A program made the translations under genes and the position numbers. Positions 29,271 to 38,689 of a stretch of DNA of 64,000 bases are shown here, piece after piece. Source of the DNA: Syntrophorhabdaceae bacterium (lineage in GTDB: Bacteria; Desulfobacterota; Syntrophorhabdia; Syntrophorhabdales; Syntrophorhabdaceae); contig OY762209.1 in NCBI GenBank assembly GCA_963665295.1, positions 1 through 64,000 on the forward strand, given 5' to 3'. Positions within the stretch are counted from its first letter, which is position 1. The number at the start of each line of letters is the position of its first letter. The notes beneath the pieces are model-generated. The model searched no databases, had not been told where the DNA came from, and was given only the letters and a program-made list of their open reading frames with translations.

Positions 29271-30125
29271 TTATCTCCTCATCCAGTCAGCAGGAACGGA
29301 ATACTCCCCGCCAATGGGCTTTTTCTCTCCGATCCACTTAAAGGCCTCTTCGGGAGTACTGAAGTAATGGTATTTGTTGAAGACCATCTTTGCCTCCTTC
29401 GAGTTAAGAAAATCGAGAAACCTTTGAGCAGAAACCTTTGATTGCGAGAAAGAAATAATAGCTGCCTGGCCTGAACCGATCCTCCTCACTTCCCTCGCAT
29501 TCAGTTTTATCGTTTCTATTTTCTCCGGATACCAGCCATCAAGAAAATGGAAACCGATAACCGCATCAACCTGCTTTAGGGCCACAAACATGGCAAGCTT
29601 GTTGAAATCCTCCGCGTGGGTTACCACATTCTTCTTAAAAACAGCCTTTTCCGGTGTTGTCAGGTTCTTATCGACAATCTCGGTAGCGAGCATCCCTACA
29701 TACACAAATTCCGGGTTTCCGATAGCGACCCTTATGCCCTCCCGGGTGAGATCTTGTAATCCTTTGATATTTTTGGGATTCCCTTTTTGTACATTGATAC
29801 AGGGAACGAAGTAAACGATATCTCTCAGCGAATTGCCCGTAACAATGCCTTTTCTTGCGGCCTTTTCCATCATATCTTCAGAGGGGGATATAAAGACATC
29901 ACCCTTTTTTGTGAACTCCATCTGGGCAAGGAGGGTTCCCACGCCCCCGTAGACGGCACCCACTTTTGAGCCCGTTCTTTTCTCAAAAATCCCGATTACC
30001 TCATCCACGGGACGCTTGAATGCAGCCCCGCAAAATACCATTAACTGCTCTTCCGCCACGGAATAAAACGGAAAAAGAGACAGTAAAGACAGACAAATAA
30101 ATCCTATCCTTATAATCCTGCTCAA
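29271..30125 (-). CDS. modA: Molybdate/tungstate ABC substrate-binding protein
   Basis: Signal peptide; FCGAAFK, YGG.GTLL.Q, GDVF and V.KGNPKNI.GL.DL motifs. Confidence 0.82.
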   Translation of the reverse strand: MSRIIRIGFICLSLLSLFPFYSVAEEQLMVFCGAAFKRPVDEVIGIFEKRTGSKVGAVYGGVGTLLAQMEFTKKGDVFISPSEDMMEKAARKGIVTGNSLRDIVYFVPCINVQKGNPKNIKGLQDLTREGIRVAIGNPEFVYVGMLATEIVDKNLTTPEKAVFKKNVVTHAEDFNKLAMFVALKQVDAVIGFHFLDGWYPEKIETIKLNAREVRRIGSGQAAIISFSQSKVSAQRFLDFLNSKEAKMVFNKYHYFSTPEEAFKWIGEKKPIGGEYSVPADWMRR

Positions 30126-30167
30126 CAGTGGTGCCTCCTTTGAGGGCCTTCAGTTGCCCTCTTCAAA

Positions 30168-31085
30168 TCAACGTCTCGTCGGAACTGCGGTGAGGGGAGC
30201 CGCTTCGTCGCAGCACCAGTCCTCCATGGAGCCGTCATAGATTCGCACATCCCTGTAGCCGAGCATTTCGCTCAGCACAAACCACCAGGACGAGGCGAAT
30301 TGGCCGTTTGAGCACACCACAATGATCTCCCGGTCTCTGTTCTCTCCGACATTCTTGGAAGCCACGCCCTGCAAATAATCCTTGCTCTTGAACATCCCTT
30401 CTTTCGTAAATACAAAAGAATAAGGCAGATTTATTGCACCGGGGATGTGGCCTTTCTTTCTTACGGAAGGACAGGATTCCCGGCCGGTAAACTGGCCCTC
30501 AGGCCTGGTGTCGATTATGGCTGCGGCAGCTTTCCCTGCACAGGAGGCGGCTACGTCTTTCCTGCTCGCGAGGACACGATCGTTCCAATTGCACTTGAGA
30601 TTACTTTTAGCCCGTCTTGTTGGTTTTGTGGTAACTTGTCTGCTTTCATTCGCCCATTTATTGTAGCCGCCCTCAAGGATGGAAAGATTCCTGAGTCCAG
30701 CGTATCTCAAAGTCCAGGCGACTCTTGTCGTGTTCACGAGATCAACATCCCTTTCTGTTTTTCCGATGATGATTACACGAGAGTCTTGTTCTGCGCCCAC
30801 GGAACAGACCGTGTCCGCCAGTTCATCCTTTTGGGGGAGTTGACAACCGATATTTCCCTCCATTGTTCGCCATGCGTTGAAAGTGAGGTTGATGGAGTCC
30901 GGGATGTGGCCTTCTCTATATTCTTCGACTTTTCTGATATCTACCAGGATTATCGAAGGGCCGGTAATGTTTTCCTGAAGCCATGCGGTTGTGACCACCG
31001 GGTTTACACCGGCGTCGGCCGACCCTATTGCCGGTAATGCAATTCCTAGGACCATAGCAAACAGGATTATCCCACCTCTTTTCAT
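30168..31085 (-). CDS. Exported tandem-rhodanese sulfurtransferase
   Basis: Signal peptide; GHIP twice, LEGG..KW, active-site CSNGQFAS and YDGSMEDW. Confidence 0.88.
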   Translation of the reverse strand: MKRGGIILFAMVLGIALPAIGSADAGVNPVVTTAWLQENITGPSIILVDIRKVEEYREGHIPDSINLTFNAWRTMEGNIGCQLPQKDELADTVCSVGAEQDSRVIIIGKTERDVDLVNTTRVAWTLRYAGLRNLSILEGGYNKWANESRQVTTKPTRRAKSNLKCNWNDRVLASRKDVAASCAGKAAAAIIDTRPEGQFTGRESCPSVRKKGHIPGAINLPYSFVFTKEGMFKSKDYLQGVASKNVGENRDREIIVVCSNGQFASSWWFVLSEMLGYRDVRIYDGSMEDWCCDEAAPLTAVPTRR

Positions 31086-31129
31086 GATAACCTCCTTGAA
31101 CCCTCCAGGATTCTTTTTTGAATATGCGC

Positions 31130-31663
31130 TTACAGCACATCTATTCTTTCCATACCGAGGTCACAATATTTCCGGGCAAGATCCCTATAGATTCTTCTGG
31201 CGTAATCCCAGAACTCTTTTTCTTTTTCAGACACGTCTTTAATTTTCTTCGCAGGGTTTCCGCCCACGATTACCGATTCCGGGATCTTCTGCTCCCGTTT
31301 CACAATGGCCCCTTCTGCGACGATGGAGTGGCTCCCTATCTCTGAACGGATACTCAGAACAGCGCCCATACCTATCCCGGCAAAATCACCTATTCGCTTC
31401 GCATGTATGATCGCCCCGTGGCCTATCGTGACCCCACGGCCGATGGAGCAGCAATCCTCGGGAGGGGCATGGATCACCGCTCCTTCCTCAATCGTGGATT
31501 CATCTTCGATCTCAATAGTACCGTAATCACCGCGAAGGATGGCGCCGTGTCCTATGTAGCAGCGATTCCCGATCCTCACGTCTCCTATTACCTGGGCGGT
31601 CTCGCTTACGTACGTGCCCGAGGTTCCGACAACCGGCTGCCTTCCATCAAATCTGTAAAACAT
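31130..31663 (-). CDS. Gamma carbonic anhydrase family protein
   Basis: Hexapeptide repeats; LRGD, VIH, GHGAIIH and GNPAK motifs. Confidence 0.9.
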   Translation of the reverse strand: MFYRFDGRQPVVGTSGTYVSETAQVIGDVRIGNRCYIGHGAILRGDYGTIEIEDESTIEEGAVIHAPPEDCCSIGRGVTIGHGAIIHAKRIGDFAGIGMGAVLSIRSEIGSHSIVAEGAIVKREQKIPESVIVGGNPAKKIKDVSEKEKEFWDYARRIYRDLARKYCDLGMERIDVL

Positions 31664-31733
31664 GTGCTATACCTCCTTTCTTGTCTCCCGGTTCATAGCA
31701 AGATCCTCCTTGCCTCCAACCTAAACATAATAC

Positions 31734-32129
31734 CTATCGCTGCTTTGCGTTCGGAGCCACATACTTCTCGAAATAGTCGGTAATAGCCTTCTTGAGCCCG
31801 ATAGCGCCCAGGTTCGAGCAGTGAAGTTTGGCTTCCGGCAACCCATCAAGGGCTTCCACAATATCTTCGTCAACTATCATCATGGCGTCGTCAAGATTCC
31901 TGCCGATTGCCAGTTCGCTCATGGCGCTCGCGCAGGCGATGGAAGCCGGGCAACCCCTTATCTGATATTTCACGTTCGTGATCGACTGTTCTTCCACTCT
32001 CAAAAACACTTTCAAAAAATCCCCGCACCCGGGATCTCCAAATTCCCCGATCCCGTTTGCGTTCTCGATGATCCCCACATTTCTGGGGTGCTGAAAATGG
32101 TCAAGCACTTTTTCGCTGTATCCGCTCAT
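31734..32129 (-). CDS. IscU/NifU-N Fe-S scaffold protein
   Basis: YSEKVLDHF..PRNVG, CGD, GC and KLHCSNL motifs. Confidence 0.92.
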   Translation of the reverse strand: MSGYSEKVLDHFQHPRNVGIIENANGIGEFGDPGCGDFLKVFLRVEEQSITNVKYQIRGCPASIACASAMSELAIGRNLDDAMMIVDEDIVEALDGLPEAKLHCSNLGAIGLKKAITDYFEKYVAPNAKQR

Positions 32130-32242
32130 TCCCGGTTCCTCCTTTCTTTATCCAAACAGCACATTGCGTGGCGCTCGTTGCCCTGTGAGTAACGTCTTCT
32201 GCCCATGCAACGTACTTCTTTTACTTACAAATTTCAGCACCG

Positions 32243-32398
32243 CTACCTTCCGGTCCCTGCCTCTATTTCCAACCTTGGTCCGTATTCGGGAAGGAGGCTC
32301 TCAATTACCCTGAGTTCGGAGGCGTAGGTACCGTCATTTACCATAAACCGTCCGTCATACGCCCCGGAGTAATGCCCGAACGCTTCAACCTCCGGCAT
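32243..32398 (-). pseudogene. Truncated class I SAM methyltransferase (N-terminal 51 aa)
   Basis: GAAAGG-ATG start, MPEVEAFGHYSGAYD...YASELRVIESLLP..GPRLEIEAGTGR*; it stops right after a degenerate motif I. Confidence 0.7.
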
Positions 32399-32408
32399 CC
32401 TTTCTTCC

Positions 32409-33431
32409 TTACCGCACGAAAACAGGGTGAGGAGAATTCCGTGCAGCTATCAGTTCCGCCACTATGCTGACCGCTATTTCCTGAGGCGTTTCCGCCTCAA
32501 TGGGAATACCTATGGGGGCATGGACCCTCTTAAGGTTTTCCTCATTGAGCCCTTTCCCCCGCATTTGCCCCAGGATCGCCTTTACCTTCCTTGTGCTCCC
32601 GATCATGCCGATATACCTGGCCGGCTTTTGCAGGGCTTCGTACAGCACTGCCGCGTCCGTCTCATGACTTCTGGTGACGATCACCACGTATTCGTTTCCC
32701 GTAAACTCCAGGCACTCAAAGGTATCGTGAATATTTCCCCCGATTATGAGATCCGCATCGGGAAACCTTTCCCTGTTTGCAAACTCTTCACGGTCGTCGA
32801 TAACCGTAACGTCAAACTCGGCAATCCTCGCGATCATCGAGACATACCCGGACACATGCCCGGCCCCGAACAGGTAGAGCGGAAAGGTTATCCGGAGCGG
32901 GTCCACCAGGACCTCACCAATCAACACTGCTTTCTTTTCATGAAAAAGACTGTCCCGTAACAGGATGGCCTCATCGGCAAGCGCATCCCCTACACAATTC
33001 ATATTTTTGTCCACGAAAGTCTTCGAAAGGACGCCATCATGAAACCCTGTTATCACGATTCCCTTCTTCCGGTCCTTTTCCGCGGATTCTATTTCCCTGT
33101 AGAGATCGATATATCTCGCCGTCACCGGCTCCAGCAATACATGAAGGTTACCCCCGCAACCGGCGTCTCCTGCTTCCGCCTTTTGCGTCTCCGTGAGAAG
33201 GCGAAGAACCTTGGTCTGATCATTGTTCATCAGAAAAAGGGCCTCGTTATATACCTCGGCTTCCCCATAGCCCCCACCGACTGTGCCGAATATCGTGCCC
33301 TCTTCACCCACAAACATCTTTGTCCCCACGTCCCTTGGGGCAGGGCCCTCCCTTTTGATCACAGTGGCGAGCATTCCCCTTCTTCCGGTTTGCAGATATT
33401 CGTTGATGACCGCGTAAATGTTCATTCCCAT
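32409..33431 (-). CDS. xdhC: XdhC/CoxI family Moco chaperone
   Basis: G.APR..G.KM, GTVGGG, CGG, FGAGHV, DDR.EFAN..RF, YIGMIGS and APIG.PI.AETP.EIA motifs. Confidence 0.92.
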   Translation of the reverse strand: MGMNIYAVINEYLQTGRRGMLATVIKREGPAPRDVGTKMFVGEEGTIFGTVGGGYGEAEVYNEALFLMNNDQTKVLRLLTETQKAEAGDAGCGGNLHVLLEPVTARYIDLYREIESAEKDRKKGIVITGFHDGVLSKTFVDKNMNCVGDALADEAILLRDSLFHEKKAVLIGEVLVDPLRITFPLYLFGAGHVSGYVSMIARIAEFDVTVIDDREEFANRERFPDADLIIGGNIHDTFECLEFTGNEYVVIVTRSHETDAAVLYEALQKPARYIGMIGSTRKVKAILGQMRGKGLNEENLKRVHAPIGIPIEAETPQEIAVSIVAELIAARNSPHPVFVR

Positions 33432-33435
33432 GGCC

Positions 33436-34227
33436 TCAATTATAAAAGTGCATTATCGCTTCAAGTACCCCGCCGCCTATGGCTCTCGCTTTGTCCGTGA
33501 TGGTATGGCAGTACTCCTCGATTGACCTTGGGTCTATGTCGCCGACCTTTTTGTTGACCGGAACCTCAATCTCGCGTATCAGACCCCGGAGCATTCCCCC
33601 GATTGAGGAACATACAGGTGTTTCGTTTATATACAAAACAAGGTCTCCCGCGCTCACCATATCCCCTATCTGCCTGACGTGTTTAACCATGCCGGCATGG
33701 GGCGCGCGGAGCACCCGTTCCGTCGTATATCCCATAGTAGAGCCCGGAATCCCAGTTCGGGGCTCTGCCGATCCCGTCATTATCACTTTGCCGAGATTGT
33801 GCCCACGATTGCTCTCGACAACCACATGGACATTTTCCGGGGCGAGAAAACCGGGGCCTACCCCGACAACTAGGGGGGCTTCGTCCTTTTCGGTTCCCGT
33901 ATATCGCTTCATCATGGTCGCATCCACCACAACCTCGGGCCGGATATCCTTGATTATCTTCCATTCAGGGTCTACCATGACCCCTATTTTCCCCATCTCC
34001 CACGCACCATAGAGTTCATTGAGGTCTGCGATATGTTTTGCCTTGACGCCTTCAACCTCCACTTCCCCCTCACAGACCGCCTCGGAAAAGGCGACGGTAC
34101 GCCTGACCGTGACCGGCTCCGGCATCTCCGTCATCACCATATGCCGGATCTTCGCCATAAAGAGCCTGTGGGCTATTCCCGTCGCCATTTCTCCCGCACC
34201 CTTTATTACGACTTTCAAATTTCTCAT
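33436..34227 (-). CDS. yqeB: Selenium-dependent molybdenum hydroxylase system protein YqeB
   Basis: KGAGEMATG, VRRTVAF, GPGF.A, ESNRGH.LG, ERVLRAP, KVGDIDPR and DKARAIGGGVLEA motifs. Confidence 0.9.
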   Translation of the reverse strand: MRNLKVVIKGAGEMATGIAHRLFMAKIRHMVMTEMPEPVTVRRTVAFSEAVCEGEVEVEGVKAKHIADLNELYGAWEMGKIGVMVDPEWKIIKDIRPEVVVDATMMKRYTGTEKDEAPLVVGVGPGFLAPENVHVVVESNRGHNLGKVIMTGSAEPRTGIPGSTMGYTTERVLRAPHAGMVKHVRQIGDMVSAGDLVLYINETPVCSSIGGMLRGLIREIEVPVNKKVGDIDPRSIEEYCHTITDKARAIGGGVLEAIMHFYN

Positions 34228-34273
34228 GGTTTGAAACCCCTTACTCAGTTCTCTCGCTCCTGTTTCCTGTCGT

Positions 34274-35044
34274 CTATTTCCTTCCGCAGGGACATATCCT
34301 GTTCAAGCCCGTCAGCTCAGAAATGCCCGATGCGGTGACTCCGAACACGAGGTAGTCTCTTTTGTACCTTCGTATCAGACTCCAGATGTTATTGAATGTA
34401 TCGTTTACCAGGGTCGTTCCCGTCACCACAACCAGATCCGAAGCTTTGACCAAATCTTCGGTCATAACGTTGCCATCCCATACCTCTACGCCAAATTTCA
34501 CGACACCTATGTTCAATTTGCTGAGATCTGTAATCCTGAGATTTCCGCTGCCGAAGTTTTGACTCAGCCTCGCGGCGATGGCCGGATTTAAACCCACGAG
34601 ACCGACCTTTATCCTTCCGAATCTTTCCATTATGAATGAAGAGATTTTCTCCGCACATTTCTCGGGCTCCTCATCCCTGCAATGGAGGGTGGTTTCTATG
34701 ATGTTTAAATGCCGAAGGACTGCGTTCATAGTCGCAACGTACATGGCCCGCTCCCCGTTTGTGCTGAGAGGTAAATTCATTATCCCTCGCAAGGAACCCA
34801 CAAATTCGCACGGCGTGTCCGTAAAGGCGTGGGCCCTGGCGCCAAGAAACTCCGCTTCAATGACCCTTTCCTGGCCGATGAGGATCGGGAAATCCCTTCT
34901 TCCCGGGGTGCCGATCGCCTCCTCCGGCAAAACGGTTTTGACAAGGACCGACACATCAGCATCCAGAAGACCCCGTTCTCCGACTATCCCCTCAAATGCC
35001 TCACGCGCTTTCTTGAATATAGTCCCGTTACGTTCCGTATCCAC
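34274..35044 (-). CDS. DUF364 Rossmann-like protein
   Basis: EEAIG.P.R.DFP...G.E, AFTD, RA..VA..NAV, TGTTLVN and FGVT motifs. Confidence 0.85.
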   Translation of the reverse strand: MDTERNGTIFKKAREAFEGIVGERGLLDADVSVLVKTVLPEEAIGTPGRRDFPILIGQERVIEAEFLGARAHAFTDTPCEFVGSLRGIMNLPLSTNGERAMYVATMNAVLRHLNIIETTLHCRDEEPEKCAEKISSFIMERFGRIKVGLVGLNPAIAARLSQNFGSGNLRITDLSKLNIGVVKFGVEVWDGNVMTEDLVKASDLVVVTGTTLVNDTFNNIWSLIRRYKRDYLVFGVTASGISELTGLNRICPCGRK

Positions 35045-35056
35045 CAGTTCCCCCCC

Positions 35057-35992
35057 TTAAATTCCGAAAGTGTATTTTGTCCCTGCCGTATTGAGGGTAA
35101 ACTCCTTTGCCATCTCTTTTGCGAAGAGTTGGATAGCCTCAAACCCGGTACAGTGAGCGGGAATAATGTGGTCGGGACCGATCTCTTTAAGATCGGCCAA
35201 AGTTCTCTCCATTATCGCCGATTCCGCATTAATCAGATGGAAACCCCCTATCACTGCATGAATTCTTTGTATGCCTGTTATCTTTTGCGCGTGCTTCACC
35301 GTATTTACGATACCCGCATGGGCGCAACCCGAAAGTATTACAAGCCCTTTGCCTTTCACGTTACACACGAAGGCCTGTTCGCCTCGAAACTGATCATGCT
35401 CCAGTTTGTCGCCCCGCTCTATGAGCAGAGAGGGCGATCCCTTTTCGTAATCCGTGACCCTCTCGATGTTTCCTGTAAGAAACCCTCCGGGGATTACCTC
35501 GGTGGGTTTCTTTATTTCAATGACTTGTACAACGCCAAGTCTGTCAATGTAATTGTTCAACTGACCGATGTCCCGTGGTTCAAAATCCGAAGGAGAGAGC
35601 AAATACCTGTGAGCAAAAGCCTCCTCTCCTACATACAGCGGGGTGCCTTTCAGAATTCTTGATGCGTTATGTCTCAAGAGACCTATGAGGCCACCCCAGT
35701 GGTCAAAATGGCCATGGCTTAAGCCAAAGGCCATTACCCTTCTCATGTCAATCTCCAGAAGATCCATGTTCCTGTTGATTCCAGCCGAGTCCAACCCGTA
35801 ATCGAACATGAACCCCTTTGCTGCGCCGTCGATCACGACTTCCAGGTAACAGGAAAGACCATGCTCGGCGTGGATGGATGCCCCGGGCGCTACACGGTAC
35901 CTCTTTGCGAAAGACGACTCAGGCCTGAGTGAGTCATAGTAATTGTCTGTAATAATGGTCAGACTCAGTCTATCCACTGCGGCAATCTTCAT
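35057..35992 (-). CDS. MBL-fold metallo-hydrolase
   Basis: AEHGLS, SHGHFDH, GCAHAG, GGFHL and HCTG motifs. Confidence 0.9.
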   Translation of the reverse strand: MKIAAVDRLSLTIITDNYYDSLRPESSFAKRYRVAPGASIHAEHGLSCYLEVVIDGAAKGFMFDYGLDSAGINRNMDLLEIDMRRVMAFGLSHGHFDHWGGLIGLLRHNASRILKGTPLYVGEEAFAHRYLLSPSDFEPRDIGQLNNYIDRLGVVQVIEIKKPTEVIPGGFLTGNIERVTDYEKGSPSLLIERGDKLEHDQFRGEQAFVCNVKGKGLVILSGCAHAGIVNTVKHAQKITGIQRIHAVIGGFHLINAESAIMERTLADLKEIGPDHIIPAHCTGFEAIQLFAKEMAKEFTLNTAGTKYTFGI

Positions 35993-36061
35993 GATCTCTC
36001 CCTTTCCGTGTTCTGGCTCTCATCCCGGATATCCGGCATTTTTCGGGACACCACTCTTTAT

Positions 36062-36397
36062 CTAATGGTCACAGACATTCGCGCCGGTGAGAAGGCTCCC
36101 TTTGAGGTAATTTTCAACCACGTCTCGCGGAATTTCACCTTGCGCACCGGTAACTACTTTGACGCCTTGCTCAGCAAAAAGCTCTTGCGCGCGACTGCCC
36201 ATGCCACCGGCTATAATACAGTTGACATCCTGTCCTGAAAGCCATGGAGGCAGAAGGCCCGGTTCGTGAGGCGGCGGAGTGACGTAGGCCTCATTCACTA
36301 TGGTGCCGTTCGCATCGGTATCAATGAAGGCAAAGGCTTCACAATGACCAAAGTGGGTGCATGGCTTTCCCTCATTTGTCGGTACTGCAAATCTCAT
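36062..36397 (-). CDS. NifB/NifX family Mo-Fe cluster-binding protein
   Basis: HFGHCEAF, PPPHEPG.LP and IAGGMG.RA motifs; C-terminal CDH. Confidence 0.9.
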   Translation of the reverse strand: MRFAVPTNEGKPCTHFGHCEAFAFIDTDANGTIVNEAYVTPPPHEPGLLPPWLSGQDVNCIIAGGMGSRAQELFAEQGVKVVTGAQGEIPRDVVENYLKGSLLTGANVCDH

Positions 36398-37328
36398 GGC
36401 ATCTTCCTTGTTGATTTATGTTCTGCGCTGTCGTTTTTGTTACATCCTGAGGAGAAGCAGTGGGGCTGGAATGGGTCACAGCTCCGCTGTCGGGTTGCCC
36501 TATCTCTCTTTTGCCGGAAAGGATGATCTGTTCGACAATTTCATCAAATTTCTCCGCCGTTTTGGTTTTGGAATAGAAGTAGATATATGGCTGCTCTTCG
36601 TCACCGCTTTTTACGATATCGGGATCAAGGGGTATCTTCCCGAGGAAGGGAATTCCAAAACGGTTTGCCAGATCCGCGCCGCCACCCGAAGCAAAGATGT
36701 TCACTTCCTTGCCGCAATCAGGACAGACAAACCCGCTCATGTTCTCTATTACTCCCGCGATGGGGAGATTCATCTGTCGGCAAAAAGTTATACATTTCTC
36801 CACGTCGATGGTCGCCATCTGCTGAGGTGTGGTCACGATGATGGCCGTACTCTTCGGCCCAAGGAGCTGTGCAACGGAAAGGGGTTCATCACCCGTCCCC
36901 GGAGGACAGTCGACAACAAGACAATCGAGGTCTCCCCACGCAACGTTTTGGACGAACTCCCGTATCACTTTCGCCTTCATCGGTCCTCTCCAAATGACCG
37001 GGAGATCGCTCCCATCGAGGAACATTGCCATGGAAACCGCCTTCAGTTTCCCGTAGACTTCGAGGGGGACAATCTCATCATTTGCAACGGTGATTCTTTT
37101 GCCCGAAAGTCCAAGCAGTTTCGGTATGCTGGGGCCATGAATATCCACATCGAGTATGCCCGTCCTCATGCCACGCAAAGACAGACTGAGAGCGAGGTTT
37201 ACCGCAACCGTGCTTTTTCCGACGCCGCCTTTTCCGGAAAGAACGATAAAGATATGGCCGATCCGGGCGAGCCTGTCTTGCAGGGCTTTTTCGTTTACTG
37301 CATCATCCATTGTTTCTTCGCAATTCAT
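36372..37328 (-). CDS. mrp: Mrp/NBP35 Fe-S carrier ATPase
   Basis: SGKGGVGKST, DVDIHGPS, WRGP, DCPPGTGD and ENMS..CPDC motifs. Confidence 0.93.
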   Translation of the reverse strand: MNCEETMDDAVNEKALQDRLARIGHIFIVLSGKGGVGKSTVAVNLALSLSLRGMRTGILDVDIHGPSIPKLLGLSGKRITVANDEIVPLEVYGKLKAVSMAMFLDGSDLPVIWRGPMKAKVIREFVQNVAWGDLDCLVVDCPPGTGDEPLSVAQLLGPKSTAIIVTTPQQMATIDVEKCITFCRQMNLPIAGVIENMSGFVCPDCGKEVNIFASGGGADLANRFGIPFLGKIPLDPDIVKSGDEEQPYIYFYSKTKTAEKFDEIVEQIILSGKREIGQPDSGAVTHSSPTASPQDVTKTTAQNINQQGRCHEICSTDK

Positions 37329-37362
37329 AATTCCTCCGAAATAGATTGTAGTTTAGTGAAGA

Positions 37363-37602
37363 TTATCCGTATCGCCTCGCCGGCTTGACAGTTCCGGTCA
37401 AAATCGATGATTGTCTTTGCCTGCTTTTGTGCCCCCGCTTCGCATCAAGGTCCGGTTTCGGAAAAATGTGACCATTCGGCTCTTCCGCGTCGCAGTCAAG
37501 GTATTGTACGTGCTGTCCCGAGCAGGCCAGGAAATAGGCCGGATTCACCACAACCGTCGTTTTTCCTGTGTCACCTTTTCCGCTTGCAAATGCAATCTTC
37601 AT
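37363..37602 (-). pseudogene. Truncated MinD-like 4Fe-4S ATPase (COG1149 / orange-protein-cluster ATPase)
   Basis: MKIAFASGKGDTGKTT (altered Walker A) and LDCDAEEPNGHIF, then homology ends at about residue 50. Confidence 0.78.
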
Positions 37603-37619
37603 GAGTCTTTTCTCTTTTC

Positions 37620-37850
37620 TTATGCCCTTACCATGGTCGCCCCACATTGGGGACATTTCACTTTCAAACAGGGAACCCCCTGCTCATGAGGCTCTTTTGT
37701 TCCACATTGTGGACACACGCACTCTCCGGGCCGGCCACAGTCTGTACCCGCCATTCTGCCTCTGTTTCCCGCGCCTCCGCACTGGCCTGACCCCGCACCC
37801 CTGATGCCTTTCTGCCCTATTCCCTTGTTCTGTCCTTCATTTTGAGCCAT
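37620..37850 (-). CDS. Small Gly-rich, Cys-rich metal-binding protein
   Basis: ECVCPQCG..EPH..GVPC...KCPQCG..M.R motif typical of DUF134/NifX clusters; SD GAGG. Confidence 0.8.
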   Translation of the reverse strand: MAQNEGQNKGIGQKGIRGAGSGQCGGAGNRGRMAGTDCGRPGECVCPQCGTKEPHEQGVPCLKVKCPQCGATMVRA

Positions 37851-37883
37851 TTCATCCTCCTCGGAGTATTGCTCCCTCCTTTT

Positions 37884-38648
37884 TTACCAGTGTCCTTCTA
37901 CGTCGGCACCGGCTAATTTGGTAAGCGCGCCCTCTTCGAGCTGCGCCAAAGCCTCTTTAATGGTCATGTTCGACGCGCTGTAGGCTTCTATGCCCGCAGC
38001 CTGTAAAACGCGGAAGGCGTTTGGCCCGAGATGGCCGCTGATTACAACCTGAGCCGCAGTCGTCGCCACATTTTGGGCGGTTTGGATGCCTGCGCCCTGG
38101 GGAGAATTCATATTTACCGTATTGTCAATGACGTCAAAAGACTGTTTCTCCTTATCAAAGACGATGATCTTCTTGCTTCGTCCGAAGCGTTCATCCACCA
38201 TCCCCTCAAGGTTCCCATCCGTACTTGTAATTGCTATGTTTACGAGCCTATCTCCTTTTGTTCTCAGTGAGACGTTGCCACCGGCTCCATCCCCGGATCC
38301 GGCCTTTGCCTTGCATCCCCACCTTTTTCTCCATCGGCAGGGTTGTGAAAAATCGTCATCCACATTGATATTGCCCCCGTCGATCCGGACCGCCTTTCCG
38401 TTCACAAAGGCATCCGCTATCTTCTGCCGGGCCATGAGAACCAGACGATGGAACGTGGGTTGAGAAATGTGCATTTCTCTCGCTGCCTCGCGCTGGGACA
38501 TACCGAGCAAATCCTTCAACCGAATGGCTTCCAGTTCGTCATTTCTCAGCACAACTTCTTCAAGGTCCGTCATCTTGACGCCGGCGGGTTTGAAATATAT
38601 CACTTGTGCGAGAAAGCTTACCCTTCTCGGATGGTTAGGTCGTGTCAT
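37884..38648 (-). CDS. DUF134 DNA-binding domain fused to a NifX/orange-protein-like domain
   Basis: YFKPAG, ELEAIRL.D..G.SQ.EAA..M.ISQPTF; C-terminal RFGR, GAGIQTAQ and GHLGP.AF motifs. Confidence 0.9.
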   Translation of the reverse strand: MTRPNHPRRVSFLAQVIYFKPAGVKMTDLEEVVLRNDELEAIRLKDLLGMSQREAAREMHISQPTFHRLVLMARQKIADAFVNGKAVRIDGGNINVDDDFSQPCRWRKRWGCKAKAGSGDGAGGNVSLRTKGDRLVNIAITSTDGNLEGMVDERFGRSKKIIVFDKEKQSFDVIDNTVNMNSPQGAGIQTAQNVATTAAQVVISGHLGPNAFRVLQAAGIEAYSASNMTIKEALAQLEEGALTKLAGADVEGHW

Positions 38649-38689
38649 TCCGCGCTCCTCAACTTCTTATCTCCCGTGTTTGGTCATTA

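Noticed and set aside
32243..32245. Pyrrolysine read-through of the methyltransferase TAG
   Set aside because: A TGA follows after two further codons and homology does not continue.
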